Position numbers and translations under genes: made by a program
Notes under the pieces: model-generated
Told to the model about the DNA's origin: nothing
Databases searched by the model: none
What the model saw: the letters and a program-made list of their open reading frames with translations, nothing else
Source: Clostridia bacterium
Lineage (GTDB): Bacteria; Bacillota; Clostridia; Oscillospirales; CAG-272
DNA length: 64,000 nt
Reading direction: 5' to 3'
NCBI GenBank assembly: GCA_017450965.1
Contig: JAFSSQ010000022.1
Location: 232 to 64,231, forward strand
Shown: piece by piece, positions 34,920 through 43,920 of the stretch
Numbering within the stretch: the first letter of the stretch is position 1
How the letters are laid out: every line of letters begins with the position of its first letter

Positions 34920-36455
34920 ATGAAGATCCGTGTCGGAGAGGGGATCAACCCCTATTACGCACAGACGCTCGCCATGCTCTTTTTCCCGGGAGCAAAGTTT
35001 CCGGAGGACCCGGCGGAGGACGACGGAGAGGCGGAGCTGAACGCGTCTCTGGAGGAAACGGAGGGGGGGTATCTCGCCCGCGCCGAGCTGCGCGCGGGAG
35101 AGAAGACCGCGCGCGCCGAAGGACGCTATCTCTTTTCCGAGGGGATCCCCGTTTCCCGCGGCAAAAAGCTTGCCCTCGGGCGGGCGGTCTTCGCCGCCGG
35201 AAAGGAGCTGTTCGGGGTCCAGCCGCCGTGGGGGATCCTCACCGGCGTACGTCCCGCCAAGGTCGCGATGGAATGTCTTGCCTCCGGCTCGGGCATTATG
35301 AAGACCCGCGCCTTTTTGCGGAGCGAGTACTTTCTCAGTTTGAAAAAGGCGACCCTCTGCACCGGCGTCGCCGCCGCGGAGCTGAAGCTCAAGCGGTCGC
35401 TTGCCCCGGATATGTGCAGCGTGTATATCTCCATCCCCTTCTGCCCCTCCCGCTGTGCGTACTGTTCCTTCGTTTCCTATACCACGCCGCGTCTGCTCTC
35501 GCTGATCGACGAGTATCTCGAGCTGCTGCTTCTGGAGATCCGGGCGGTGTTCCGCCATATCGCCGACCGGGGGAAACGCGTCGCCAGCATCTATATCGGC
35601 GGCGGCACGCCCACGATCCTGAGCGAGGAGCAGCTGAAAACCCTGCTCACCGAGATCGGGCGCTGCACCGACGTTTCCTCTCTCTTGGAGTTCACGCTGG
35701 AGGCGGGGCGGCCGGATACCATCAACACGGAAAAACTGAAGATCGCCCGCGCCTGCGGCGTCACGCGCATAAGCGTCAATCCGCAGAGCATGTCGGACGT
35801 CGTGCTCGAGACGATCGGGCGCCGGCACACCGTCTCGGATTTTCTGCGCGCGTACAACGTCGCCGTCAAGAGCGGTATCGGGACGATCAACGTCGACCTG
35901 ATCGCCGGTCTGCCGGGAGACAATTTCACCCGGTTTTCCCGGTCGCTCGACCGGGTGGCGGAGCTCTCGCCGGGGAACGTGACGGTACACAGCTTCTGCG
36001 TCAAGAAGTCCTCGGACTTTTTGCGCGAGAGCAGCGAGATCTACCGCCGCGGCGGCGGAGACGCCGTGAAGTGCGTGGACTACTCCCAGCTCAAGCTCCG
36101 CAACAGCGGCTATAAGCCCTACTATCTCTACCGGCAGAAGAACACCGTCGGCAATCTGGAAAACGTCGGGTTCGCCAGGGAAGGGCAGGAAGGGATCTAC
36201 AACGTCGTGATGATGGAAGAATACCATTCCGTCTACGGCGCCGGAGCGGGCGCCGTGACCCGCCTCGTCCGCTGGGGCGAGGACGCCGGCCGCGCCGAAA
36301 AGATCAAACGCATAATCAACCCGAAATATCCATACGAATATCTGCGGGGAGATTTTTCCGAGCAGGCGCTGCTCGCCCGTCTGGAGGAGGGGGAACGGGT
36401 CGTTTCCCTGCCCGCGGAGACGGAGCTTTCTCTCCCGCCGGATGAGAATGCCTGA
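34920..36455 (+). CDS. HemN-family radical SAM oxidoreductase (HemZ-like)
   Basis: 511 aa; CPSRCAYCSF radical-SAM cluster, SIYIGGGTPT motif. Confidence 0.8.
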   Translation: MKIRVGEGINPYYAQTLAMLFFPGAKFPEDPAEDDGEAELNASLEETEGGYLARAELRAGEKTARAEGRYLFSEGIPVSRGKKLALGRAVFAAGKELFGVQPPWGILTGVRPAKVAMECLASGSGIMKTRAFLRSEYFLSLKKATLCTGVAAAELKLKRSLAPDMCSVYISIPFCPSRCAYCSFVSYTTPRLLSLIDEYLELLLLEIRAVFRHIADRGKRVASIYIGGGTPTILSEEQLKTLLTEIGRCTDVSSLLEFTLEAGRPDTINTEKLKIARACGVTRISVNPQSMSDVVLETIGRRHTVSDFLRAYNVAVKSGIGTINVDLIAGLPGDNFTRFSRSLDRVAELSPGNVTVHSFCVKKSSDFLRESSEIYRRGGGDAVKCVDYSQLKLRNSGYKPYYLYRQKNTVGNLENVGFAREGQEGIYNVVMMEEYHSVYGAGAGAVTRLVRWGEDAGRAEKIKRIINPKYPYEYLRGDFSEQALLARLEEGERVVSLPAETELSLPPDENA

Positions 36456-36490
36456 ACGGCGCGACCGAAAACCGGAAAAGAGGATGACCC

Positions 36491-38161
36491 ATGCCGGAAC
36501 TTCAGCATAACGCTGCCGCCGAAAAAGGCCGCAGCCTCGTCATTTCCAGCGTTCTCGTCTACACGCTGGCCAATATCCTGACCAAGGTCATCGGCGTCTT
36601 TTTCAAGATCCCGATGCTTTCCCTGCTGGGCGATACCGGCATGGGATATTTCAACGCCGCCTATCAGGTCTACGTTTGGTTTTATATGATCTCCACGGCG
36701 GGACTGCCCGTCGCCGTTTCCACCCTCGTCGCCGAGAGCCGCGCCAAGGGGCGTTTCCGCCAGGTGCATAAGGTCTACCGCATCGCGCTCCGGCTCTTTT
36801 TCGTGATCGGGCTGACCGGGGCGCTGTTGATGTTCGCTCTCTCCCGTCCGCTCGCCTCGCTTGTCGATCCCGCCGCCCGGTTCTGCATCATCGCGCTGGC
36901 GCCGACGCTCTTCTTTGTCTGTCTTTCCAGCGCGTTCCGCGGCTATTTCCAGGGCTTCCGCTATATGGTGCCCACCGGGATCTCGGAGGTGATCGAGGCG
37001 CTCGGCAAGCTCCTTGTCGGGATTTTGTTCGCCCGTCTCGCAATCGCCGCCGGCAAGCCGATCGAGGTGGTCGCCGCCTGCGCCGTCCTCGGGGTAACGG
37101 TCGGGGTCATCGTCGGGTTCTTTTATCTCTGGCTGACTAAGCTCTCCTTCTCTCCCGCCCGCTACGACGTGGAGTACCGGTCCATCTACGGCAAAGGGGT
37201 CCCCGACTGCGCCGGGACCAAACCGATCCTCTCCCGGCTTCTCAAGGTGGCGATCCCGATCACCCTTTCCTCCTCCGCGATGAGCCTTGCGGGGATGATC
37301 GACACGATGGTCCTTACCTCCGGTCTGACCCGCGCGGGCTTTGAAAAGGAGGCGGCGGTCAGTATGTACGGGACGTACAGCACCCAGATCACCTCGCTCT
37401 TTAACCTGCCGCCCGTTCTGATCTACCCCGTCGCGTACGTGATCGTGCCGCTTGTGGCGGAGTGCGTGGCGCGCCGCGACCGGAATCGGATGCGCGGGAT
37501 CCTCTCTTCCGCTTTCAAGATGACGGCGATCATCGCCCTGCCCTGCGCCCTCGGCATGGCGGCGATCCCGCGCTATATCCTCAATACCGTCTATAATCAC
37601 GGCGACGCGGACGTCCTCGCGCCGCTGCTCTCGATCATCGCTGTCGCGGTCTTCTTCGTCGGGATCCTCGCCACGACCAACAGCGCCCTGCAGGGCGCGC
37701 GCAAGGAGCGCTATCCGATCATCTCGATGCTGGCGGGCGCCGCCGTCAAGCTGATTTCCAGCTGGATCCTCGTCGGTATTCCCGCGGTCAATATCTACGG
37801 AGCGCCGATCAGCACCCTGCTCTGCTATATCACGGCGGCTTCTTTCAATCTGTATTTCGTCTTCAAAAAGATCGGGTATCTCCCCTCGGTCACTCGCGTG
37901 TTTCTCCGTCCCTTTATCGCGGCGGCGGCGGCGGGCGGCTCCGCGTACGCCGTTTCCCGGCTGGCGGAGAAGGCGCTCTTTCCCCTTCAGGCGGCCGGCC
38001 GCGGGCAAAACGCCCTGATCACCCTCCTCTCCGTTTTCATCGCCGTTCCGGTCTACGTGATCATCCTCTTTAAGGCGAAAGGGGTCACGGAGGAGGATCT
38101 CGCCCTGCTCCCCAAGAGCAAAAAGATCGTAGCGGTCCTGAAAAAAGTCCGTCTGCTTTGA
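36491..38161 (+). CDS. MOP-superfamily flippase (YabM/SpoVB/MurJ-like)
   Basis: 556 aa, about 14 TM; position upstream of yabO-yabP-yabQ-divIC mirrors Bacillus yabM. Confidence 0.8.
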   Translation: MPELQHNAAAEKGRSLVISSVLVYTLANILTKVIGVFFKIPMLSLLGDTGMGYFNAAYQVYVWFYMISTAGLPVAVSTLVAESRAKGRFRQVHKVYRIALRLFFVIGLTGALLMFALSRPLASLVDPAARFCIIALAPTLFFVCLSSAFRGYFQGFRYMVPTGISEVIEALGKLLVGILFARLAIAAGKPIEVVAACAVLGVTVGVIVGFFYLWLTKLSFSPARYDVEYRSIYGKGVPDCAGTKPILSRLLKVAIPITLSSSAMSLAGMIDTMVLTSGLTRAGFEKEAAVSMYGTYSTQITSLFNLPPVLIYPVAYVIVPLVAECVARRDRNRMRGILSSAFKMTAIIALPCALGMAAIPRYILNTVYNHGDADVLAPLLSIIAVAVFFVGILATTNSALQGARKERYPIISMLAGAAVKLISSWILVGIPAVNIYGAPISTLLCYITAASFNLYFVFKKIGYLPSVTRVFLRPFIAAAAAGGSAYAVSRLAEKALFPLQAAGRGQNALITLLSVFIAVPVYVIILFKAKGVTEEDLALLPKSKKIVAVLKKVRLL

Positions 38162-38210
38162 AAAAAGCCGAAAAAAACCGGGATCGAGGCAAGAAATATT
38201 GAAAATACTC

Positions 38211-38239
38211 TTGATAAATCGCCGAGGTGATGGTATAAT
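38211..38239 (+). promoter_or_regulatory. Promoter of the HU gene
   Basis: TTGATA (38211-38216), 17-nt spacer, TGg-TATAAT (38231-38239). Confidence 0.7.
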
Positions 38240-38290
38240 CTAACCAAAGGAAGGGTTTTCCTCCTTAATAATTGAAAGGTGAAAGATACG

Positions 38291-38563
38291 ATGAACAAGA
38301 CCGAATTTATCGAAGCCGTCGCAAAGAAGGGCGATTTTTCCAAGAAGGACGCCGAGAAGGCCGTCAACGCGTTTATCGATGTGATCAAGGAATCCCTGAA
38401 GAAGAAAAAGAAAGTTCAGCTCGTCAACTTCGGTACCTTTGAAGTCAAGACCCGCGCCGCCAGAGTCGGCCGCAACCCGCAGACCAACGAGGCGATCAAG
38501 ATCCCGAAGACCAAGTATCCGTCCTTCTCCGCCGGCAAGGGCTTCAAGGACGCCGTAAAATAA
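38291..38563 (+). CDS. hup: DNA-binding protein HU
   Basis: MNKTEFIEAVA..., beta-arm RNPQTNEAIKIPKTKYPSF; ATG 38291 follows AAAGGTGA. Confidence 0.95.
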   Translation: MNKTEFIEAVAKKGDFSKKDAEKAVNAFIDVIKESLKKKKKVQLVNFGTFEVKTRAARVGRNPQTNEAIKIPKTKYPSFSAGKGFKDAVK

Positions 38564-38589
38564 AAAACGGAGCGTTATAAGCGCAACAA

Positions 38590-38623
38590 AGCCGCTCCCG
38601 CTTCGGCGGGAGCGGCTGTTTTT
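38590..38623 (+). terminator. Intrinsic terminator after hup
   Basis: AGCCGCTCCCGC-TTCG-GCGGGAGCGGCT then TTTTT. Confidence 0.9.
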
Positions 38624-38629
38624 ACCGTT

Positions 38630-38875
38630 ATGAGAATCGATAAGTTTTTGAAAGTTTCCCGTCTGATCCGCCGCCGCACCGTGGCAAACGACGCCTGCGG
38701 CGCCGAGCGCATCACCGTCAACGGCAAGACCGTTAAGCCGTCCTACGACGTGAAACCCGGCGACGTGATCGGGATCGCGTTCGGCGGGCGGACGGTCTCC
38801 GTCCGCGTGACCGAGATCAAAGACAGTACCAAAAAGGCGGACGCCGGCGCGATGTACGAGGTCGTCGACGGCTGA
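38630..38875 (+). CDS. yabO: S4-domain RNA-binding protein (YabO/Hsp15-like)
   Basis: 81 aa; MRIDKFLKVSRLIRRRT S4 motif; synteny with yabP-yabQ-divIC. Confidence 0.85.
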   Translation: MRIDKFLKVSRLIRRRTVANDACGAERITVNGKTVKPSYDVKPGDVIGIAFGGRTVSVRVTEIKDSTKKADAGAMYEVVDG

Positions 38876-38933
38876 CGCATATTCTCCTCCCCCGGCGCAT
38901 AGAGTGTGGTAAACTGATTTGCCGGGAGAGCTT

Positions 38934-39224
38934 ATGAACGAACAAAACGCCGCGCCGTCGGCGTCTCAGGACGTGACCCTCCGCCAGAGAAGGGAACTGG
39001 AGATCACGGGCGTTTCCGATGTGATCGGCTTTGACGAAACTTCCGTCGCCCTCCGGACCGCCCTCGGGCGGCTCGACGTGGAGGGAGAGGGACTGTCCGT
39101 TGTGGGACTGTCCTCCGAGACCGGCAGGGTCCGCATCGTCGGATCCGTCTCCGGCCTCTGGTACTCCGACGAACGGGAGAAAAAGGAAGGCCGCGGCCTC
39201 TTCTTCTTCGGGCGCAAGGGCTGA
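38934..39224 (+). CDS. yabP: Sporulation protein YabP
   Basis: RRELEITGVSDVIGFDETSVALRT...GEGLSV motif pattern; synteny. Confidence 0.85.
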   Translation: MNEQNAAPSASQDVTLRQRRELEITGVSDVIGFDETSVALRTALGRLDVEGEGLSVVGLSSETGRVRIVGSVSGLWYSDEREKKEGRGLFFFGRKG

Positions 39225-39226
39225 AA

Positions 39227-39868
39227 GTGGAGGTCTGGCTTTCCGATCAGCTCCGTCTTTTTTCCGTCTCTCTGCTCGGCGGCGCCGTTCTTTCTCTCTT
39301 CTACGATCTGCTCCGGCTGACCCGCCTTCTCTGCGGAGAGAAGGGACCGTCCCGCCGCGTGCCGGAGCTTTCCTCACTTTCTCTCCCGCTTCTCTCGCCC
39401 CCGCGGCCCCGCAAAAAGCGCAAGGTCTCCGCCCTGTTCCGCTCCGTTCTTCTTTTTGCGGAGGATCTTGTCTTTTGTGCTGTTTCTGCCGCGCTCCTTC
39501 TGATCCTGTTTTACAATTTCAGCCGCGGCAAAGTCCGCCTTTTCGCTTTCTTCTGCGCCGCGGTCGGTTTTTTTCTCTGCCACGCCACGCTCGGACGGGC
39601 GATCCTCTTTTTCTTCGAGGCGCTTTGGCTGGGGATCCGGATCTTCTTCCGCTATCTTCTCTTTTTTCTTTTCTTTCCCGTGCGGCGGCTGCTTTTTCCG
39701 CTCGTTTCGCGGTTTTTTGCCCGCGCCGGCGCCCTTTTTCGCGCGCTGGGGGATCTTTGCTTTCTTTTGCGGGCAAGGCGCTTTGACCGCGGGGAGAGGG
39801 GTCGCCTTCTCGCCCGCCCGCGCCGCTTTTTTACCGATTATCTGAACGATCACGGAGGTCAATTATGA
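39227..39868 (+). CDS. yabQ: Spore cortex biosynthesis protein YabQ
   Basis: GTG start 2 nt after yabP stop; multi-TM; LLGGAVLSLFYDLLR motif; synteny. Confidence 0.75.
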   Translation: MEVWLSDQLRLFSVSLLGGAVLSLFYDLLRLTRLLCGEKGPSRRVPELSSLSLPLLSPPRPRKKRKVSALFRSVLLFAEDLVFCAVSAALLLILFYNFSRGKVRLFAFFCAAVGFFLCHATLGRAILFFFEALWLGIRIFFRYLLFFLFFPVRRLLFPLVSRFFARAGALFRALGDLCFLLRARRFDRGERGRLLARPRRFFTDYLNDHGGQL

Positions 39869-40158
39869 AGGATGTTACGCCCGCGCGGGGCAGCAGTCTG
39901 CTCGTAAAGGTCCTCGCCGTCTTTTTCTTCGCGGTCGCCGTGTTTTCCATCTTCCGGATGCAGCTCCGCAAAAACGAACTGCTGGCGGAAAAGGAGCGGC
40001 TGGAGGAGCAGTACCGGAAAAACGAGCTGACCATCGCCGCGCTTAAAAAGGATCTGGAAGCGGAGATGGACGACGAACAGATCAAAAAGATCGCCCGTGA
40101 AAAGCTCAATCTTTGTATGCCGGACGAGATCATCTTCTATAACGATCTCACCGAGTAA
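39865..40158 (+). CDS. divIC: Septum formation initiator (DivIC/FtsB family)
   Basis: 97 aa; ATGA overlap with yabQ; one TM plus coiled coil and REKLNLCMPDEIIF tail. Confidence 0.85.
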   Translation: MKDVTPARGSSLLVKVLAVFFFAVAVFSIFRMQLRKNELLAEKERLEEQYRKNELTIAALKKDLEAEMDDEQIKKIAREKLNLCMPDEIIFYNDLTE

Positions 40159-40182
40159 GAGCGCCGTTTTTTGCCGAAAATT

Positions 40183-40211
40183 CGCGCCGGCGCCGCCGGC
40201 GCGTTTCTTTT
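40183..40211 (+). terminator. Intrinsic terminator after divIC
   Basis: CGCGCCGG-CGCCG-CCGGCGCG then TTTCTTTT, ending 11 nt before the next ATG. Confidence 0.65.
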
Positions 40212-40221
40212 CCGAGGACGT

Positions 40222-41067
40222 ATGAAAACCATTTCCTTTTCTTTGGTCCGGGATACCGTGGCCCGGCTTTTTCGCGAGGCGTGCTACGCGCCCGGAAACG
40301 AGGTGGACGAGGCGCTTGCCCGCGCCGGACGGGAGGAAAGCTGCGAGCGCTGCCGCCTGGCCCTTTCCGCCCTGCGGGAGAACCTGTCCGCCGCAAGAGA
40401 GCTGAACGTTCCCGTCTGCCAGGATACCGGCATGGCGGTCGTCTTCTGCGAGATGGGCGACCGGGTGCGGATCGAGGGAGGGTGCCTTTCCGACGCCGTC
40501 AATGCCGGCGTCGCGCAGGGATATACCGAGGGGCGGATGCGCCTCTCCGTTGTGTCCGACCCGCTCTACGACCGCAAAAACACGGAGACGAACGCCCCGG
40601 CGATCCTGCACCTTTCCTCCGTTCCGGGGGACGGACTGCGGATCGTGGCCGCGCCGAAGGGCTTTGGCAGCGAGAACAAAAGCGCGCTGAAGATGTTCAC
40701 CCCCGCCGCCGGGGAGGAGGAGATCGTCTCCTTCGTCCGGGAAACGGTACGCCGCGCCGGCGCCGACCCCTGCCCGCCGATCATGGTCGGGGTCGGGATC
40801 GGCGGAGACTTTGAATACTGCGCCACTCTCGCCAAACGCGCGCTGATCCGTCCGATCGGGGACCGGAACGCCGATCCGCGCTACGCCGCGCTGGAGGACC
40901 GCCTCCTCTCGGAGATAAACGGACTCGGGATCGGCGCCGCGGGCTTCGGCGGGAGCGTAACGGCGCTCGCCGTCAAGGTGGAGACCTACCCCACGCATAT
41001 CGCCGGGCTTCCCGTCGCCGTCAATATCAACTGCCACGCGATCCGCCACGCAGAAGCGCGGCTTTGA
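40222..41067 (+). CDS. Class I (Fe-S) fumarate/tartrate hydratase, alpha subunit only
   Basis: ORF trimmed to MKTISFSL (ATG 40222); VPVCQDTGMAVVF and IMVGVGIGG motifs of the Fumerase N-domain; no beta subunit nearby. Confidence 0.8.
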   Translation: MKTISFSLVRDTVARLFREACYAPGNEVDEALARAGREESCERCRLALSALRENLSAARELNVPVCQDTGMAVVFCEMGDRVRIEGGCLSDAVNAGVAQGYTEGRMRLSVVSDPLYDRKNTETNAPAILHLSSVPGDGLRIVAAPKGFGSENKSALKMFTPAAGEEEIVSFVRETVRRAGADPCPPIMVGVGIGGDFEYCATLAKRALIRPIGDRNADPRYAALEDRLLSEINGLGIGAAGFGGSVTALAVKVETYPTHIAGLPVAVNINCHAIRHAEARL

Positions 41068-41093
41068 TCCGGTTTTTCGCGCAAAAAAACGCG

Positions 41094-41131
41094 GCGGACA
41101 CGGTTTTCCGTGTCCGCCGTTTTCCTTTTTT
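41094..41131. terminator. Bidirectional intrinsic terminator
   Basis: GGCGGACACGG-TTTT-CCGTGTCCGCC flanked by A-run and T-run. Confidence 0.85.
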
Positions 41132-42108
41132 CAGGGGCGCCGCTTCCGGCGTTTGAGCTCCTCGCGCAGCGCGAGGTAGCTTTCGTGCCGGGAGGGAGCG
41201 ATCGCGCCGTTTTCCACGGCGGCGAGGATCGCGCAACCTTCCTCTTTGGTGTGGGTGCATTTTGTGTAGCGGCAGAGTCCGAGATAGGGCTCGAACTCCG
41301 GGAAGGAAAAAACGAGATCCTCCTGCTCCATAAAGTCGAAGTGAACGAAATCGAGCAGCCCGAAGCCGGGCGTGTCCGCGAGAAACGAGAAGCGTCCGCT
41401 CTCCCCGAGCGGGAGACGGTGCAAAACCGCCTGCCGCGTGGTATGCCGGCCGCGCCCGGTGCGGGCGCTGACCTGCCCGGTCGAAAGGGAAAGGGCGGGG
41501 AAGAGGAGATTGAGGCAGCTGGATTTTCCCACGCCGGAGGCGCCGGCAAAGGCGGCGCACCGGTCCGGCAGGAGAGAGAGAAGGGCGGCGCGCAGCTCTT
41601 TCGTTCCCTCGCCCGTCCGGACGGAGATCGGATAGACGGCGAGCCCCGCTTTGCGGTAGATCGCGCAGAGCTCGTCGCAGCTTTCCGGGGCGAGATCCCG
41701 CTTGTTGATCACGAGGATCGGCGTTACCCCCCGGACGAGCGCGGAGCAGATCAGCTTGTCGAGCAGGAGAAGAGAGGGGGCGGGCTCGGCGGCCGCCGCG
41801 GTGATGATCAGAAAGTCGAGGTTGGCGACGGGCGGGCGGATCAGGAGGTTTTTGCGCGGCAGGATCCGCTCCATCAGAAGGCCGCGTCCGTTTTCCGGCC
41901 GGCCCGTTTCGCCCAGCTCCGTCCGCAAAAGGACGAGATCGCCCGCGCACGGGCTTTCCCCCTGATAGCGGAAGACGCCGCGCGCCCGCAGCGTAAGCGG
42001 GGTATCCCGCAGCGCGTCGGGGACGGGATATTCCGCCGTCTCTTCGGGGAAGAAGGTGTAAAGCCCTCCCGTACAGGAGAGGAGACGGCCCGCGATCCGT
42101 GTTTCCAT
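41131..42108 (-). CDS. rsgA: Ribosome small-subunit-dependent GTPase A
   Basis: Circularly permuted G motifs (INKRDL, GASGVGKSS) and C-terminal Zn cluster CRYTKCTHTKEEGC. Confidence 0.9.
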   Translation of the reverse strand: METRIAGRLLSCTGGLYTFFPEETAEYPVPDALRDTPLTLRARGVFRYQGESPCAGDLVLLRTELGETGRPENGRGLLMERILPRKNLLIRPPVANLDFLIITAAAAEPAPSLLLLDKLICSALVRGVTPILVINKRDLAPESCDELCAIYRKAGLAVYPISVRTGEGTKELRAALLSLLPDRCAAFAGASGVGKSSCLNLLFPALSLSTGQVSARTGRGRHTTRQAVLHRLPLGESGRFSFLADTPGFGLLDFVHFDFMEQEDLVFSFPEFEPYLGLCRYTKCTHTKEEGCAILAAVENGAIAPSRHESYLALREELKRRKRRP

Positions 42109-42114
42109 CGGTCG

Positions 42115-43920
42115 TCAGGGGTTCTGGGAGACCGCGCCCGTCGTCTCCGCCGCGCCTGTCGTCTCCGCCGACGTGGTGACGGCGGCCGTCGCGGAGCCGG
42201 TTACTTTGCCGGTCTCCTTTCCCGTGGTATCGGCGGCGGAGGTTCCGGTTCCGGTCGCCGCGTCGGTCGTGCCGGGCGAGGTCGTTACGGCCGGCTCCGG
42301 TCCCTTGCTGAGGACGAAGTCGATCTTCGTCACAAACTTGGCGACGCGGCGGTCCGGCTCGATGCTCTGTTTGAGGACGACGCCGGCTTTTTCTTTTTTG
42401 GAGTATTCGTACGTGATCTCGCCCACGTCGAGATCCGCTTCCAGGAGAGCGACCAGCGCGTCTTTTTCGTTCATGCCGACAAACTTCGGCACGTAGACGT
42501 ATTCGATCTCTTCTCCGCTGCTCACGTACAGCTCGATGATATCGCCGGTCCGCACGGTCGCGCCCGCCTCCGGCGAGGTCCGGATCACAAATCCGCCGGG
42601 GATGGCGTCGTGCCTTTCGCGGATCACGGTTACCCCGAGCCCCTTTTCGCGCAGGGAGATCTCCGCCGTGCGCGCGTTCTGCAGGGAATAATCGCCGAGG
42701 ATCTGCTCCTCCATGCCGGCGCTGACGGTCAGCACCAGCTTGACCGTCTGGCCGCCCTTGAGGCGGCGGTTTTCTCCGGGGGAGGGACTCTGGGACATGA
42801 CGACGCCCTTTTCCACGTTTTTGTCAAACGCTTCCACGAACTGGACGGTATAGTTATTTCCGAGGGAGGAGACGAGCTCTTCGTTTGCGATCTTGCCGAC
42901 GCAGTCCGCCACCGTAACGATCTTAACGTTCCCTCCGCCGGAAAAGAAGAGGGTCTTGACGATGAAGATACCGGCAACGGCAAGCGCGATGCCGAAGGCG
43001 GAGAGGATGCCGAGGATGATCGGGAGCATCGGACTGGTGCCCTGGCGTTTTTTTGCCTCCGCGAGGCGGACGGCTCTGTTCGGATGACGTTTCACTTTTT
43101 GCAGATACTTTTGCATTTGAGCGGCGGACTCAAAGCGGTCGAGCGGATTTTTTTCCATCGCGGTCAGAATGAGGGTGCTTAAACCGTTCGGAATATCCTT
43201 TTTCAGTTCTTTCGGTTTTTTCGGCGCTTCGCTGATCTGTTTTAAGGCGATCGAAACGGTGCTGTCGCTGTTGAAGGGGAGCTTTCCCGTCGCCAGCTCG
43301 TACATCAGCGCGCCGAGGGAGTAAAGATCGGAACGCGCGTCCACCTTTTTGCCTTTGGCCTGTTCGGGGCTGATATAGTAGACGGTGCCGATCGCCTTGC
43401 CGGAGAGATTGGAGGTTTCCTTCGTCGCCGCCAGCTTGGCGATGCCGAAGTCCGCGACCTTGATGGTCCCGTCCCGGAGCAAGAGGATGTTCTGCGGCTT
43501 GATATCCCGGTGGATCACGCCTTTTTCGTGCGCGTGCTGGAGGGCGGCGAGGATCTGCTCGGAGAAGGAGCAGATCTCCTCAAAGGGCAGCGCGCCTCTC
43601 TTTTTCATATAGCTTTCCAGCGTAACGCCCTCGATGTACTCCATCACGATATATTTCAGTTCCTCGCTGACGGAGACGTCGTAGATGTTGACGATGTTTT
43701 TGTGGGAGAGCATCGCCACGGCTTTCGACTCGTTGATAAACCGCTTGACGGCTTCCTCGTCGTCGGTAAACTCGTCGCGCAGCAGCTTGACGGCGACGGT
43801 GCGGTTCATCCGCGTGTCGCGCGCGCGGAAGACGACGGCCATCCCGCCGTTTCCGATCAGTTCTTCGATCTGATAACGCCGGTCGAAGAGCTGACCGACG
43901 TATTCTTCGTAACGGTTCAT
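42115..43920 (-). CDS. prkC: PASTA-domain Ser/Thr protein kinase
   Basis: ORF trimmed to MNRYEEYVG (ATG 43920, ATGA-type overlap with phosphatase gene); Hanks motifs GNGGMAVVF, HRDIKPQN, DFG; TM; PASTA repeats. Confidence 0.9.
   Translation of the reverse strand: MNRYEEYVGQLFDRRYQIEELIGNGGMAVVFRARDTRMNRTVAVKLLRDEFTDDEEAVKRFINESKAVAMLSHKNIVNIYDVSVSEELKYIVMEYIEGVTLESYMKKRGALPFEEICSFSEQILAALQHAHEKGVIHRDIKPQNILLLRDGTIKVADFGIAKLAATKETSNLSGKAIGTVYYISPEQAKGKKVDARSDLYSLGALMYELATGKLPFNSDSTVSIALKQISEAPKKPKELKKDIPNGLSTLILTAMEKNPLDRFESAAQMQKYLQKVKRHPNRAVRLAEAKKRQGTSPMLPIILGILSAFGIALAVAGIFIVKTLFFSGGGNVKIVTVADCVGKIANEELVSSLGNNYTVQFVEAFDKNVEKGVVMSQSPSPGENRRLKGGQTVKLVLTVSAGMEEQILGDYSLQNARTAEISLREKGLGVTVIRERHDAIPGGFVIRTSPEAGATVRTGDIIELYVSSGEEIEYVYVPKFVGMNEKDALVALLEADLDVGEITYEYSKKEKAGVVLKQSIEPDRRVAKFVTKIDFVLSKGPEPAVTTSPGTTDAATGTGTSAADTTGKETGKVTGSATAAVTTSAETTGAAETTGAVSQNP

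Noticed and set aside
32534-34948. 804-aa ORF on the minus strand spanning all of relA
   Set aside because: It lies in the codon-aligned antisense frame of relA (34946-32624 is a multiple of 3). In that frame, antisense stops arise only from sense TTA, CTA or TCA codons, which a high-GC3 gene avoids. The product is R/D/G/H/L-rich low-complexity with no RBS or recognisable motif. It is a compositional artefact.
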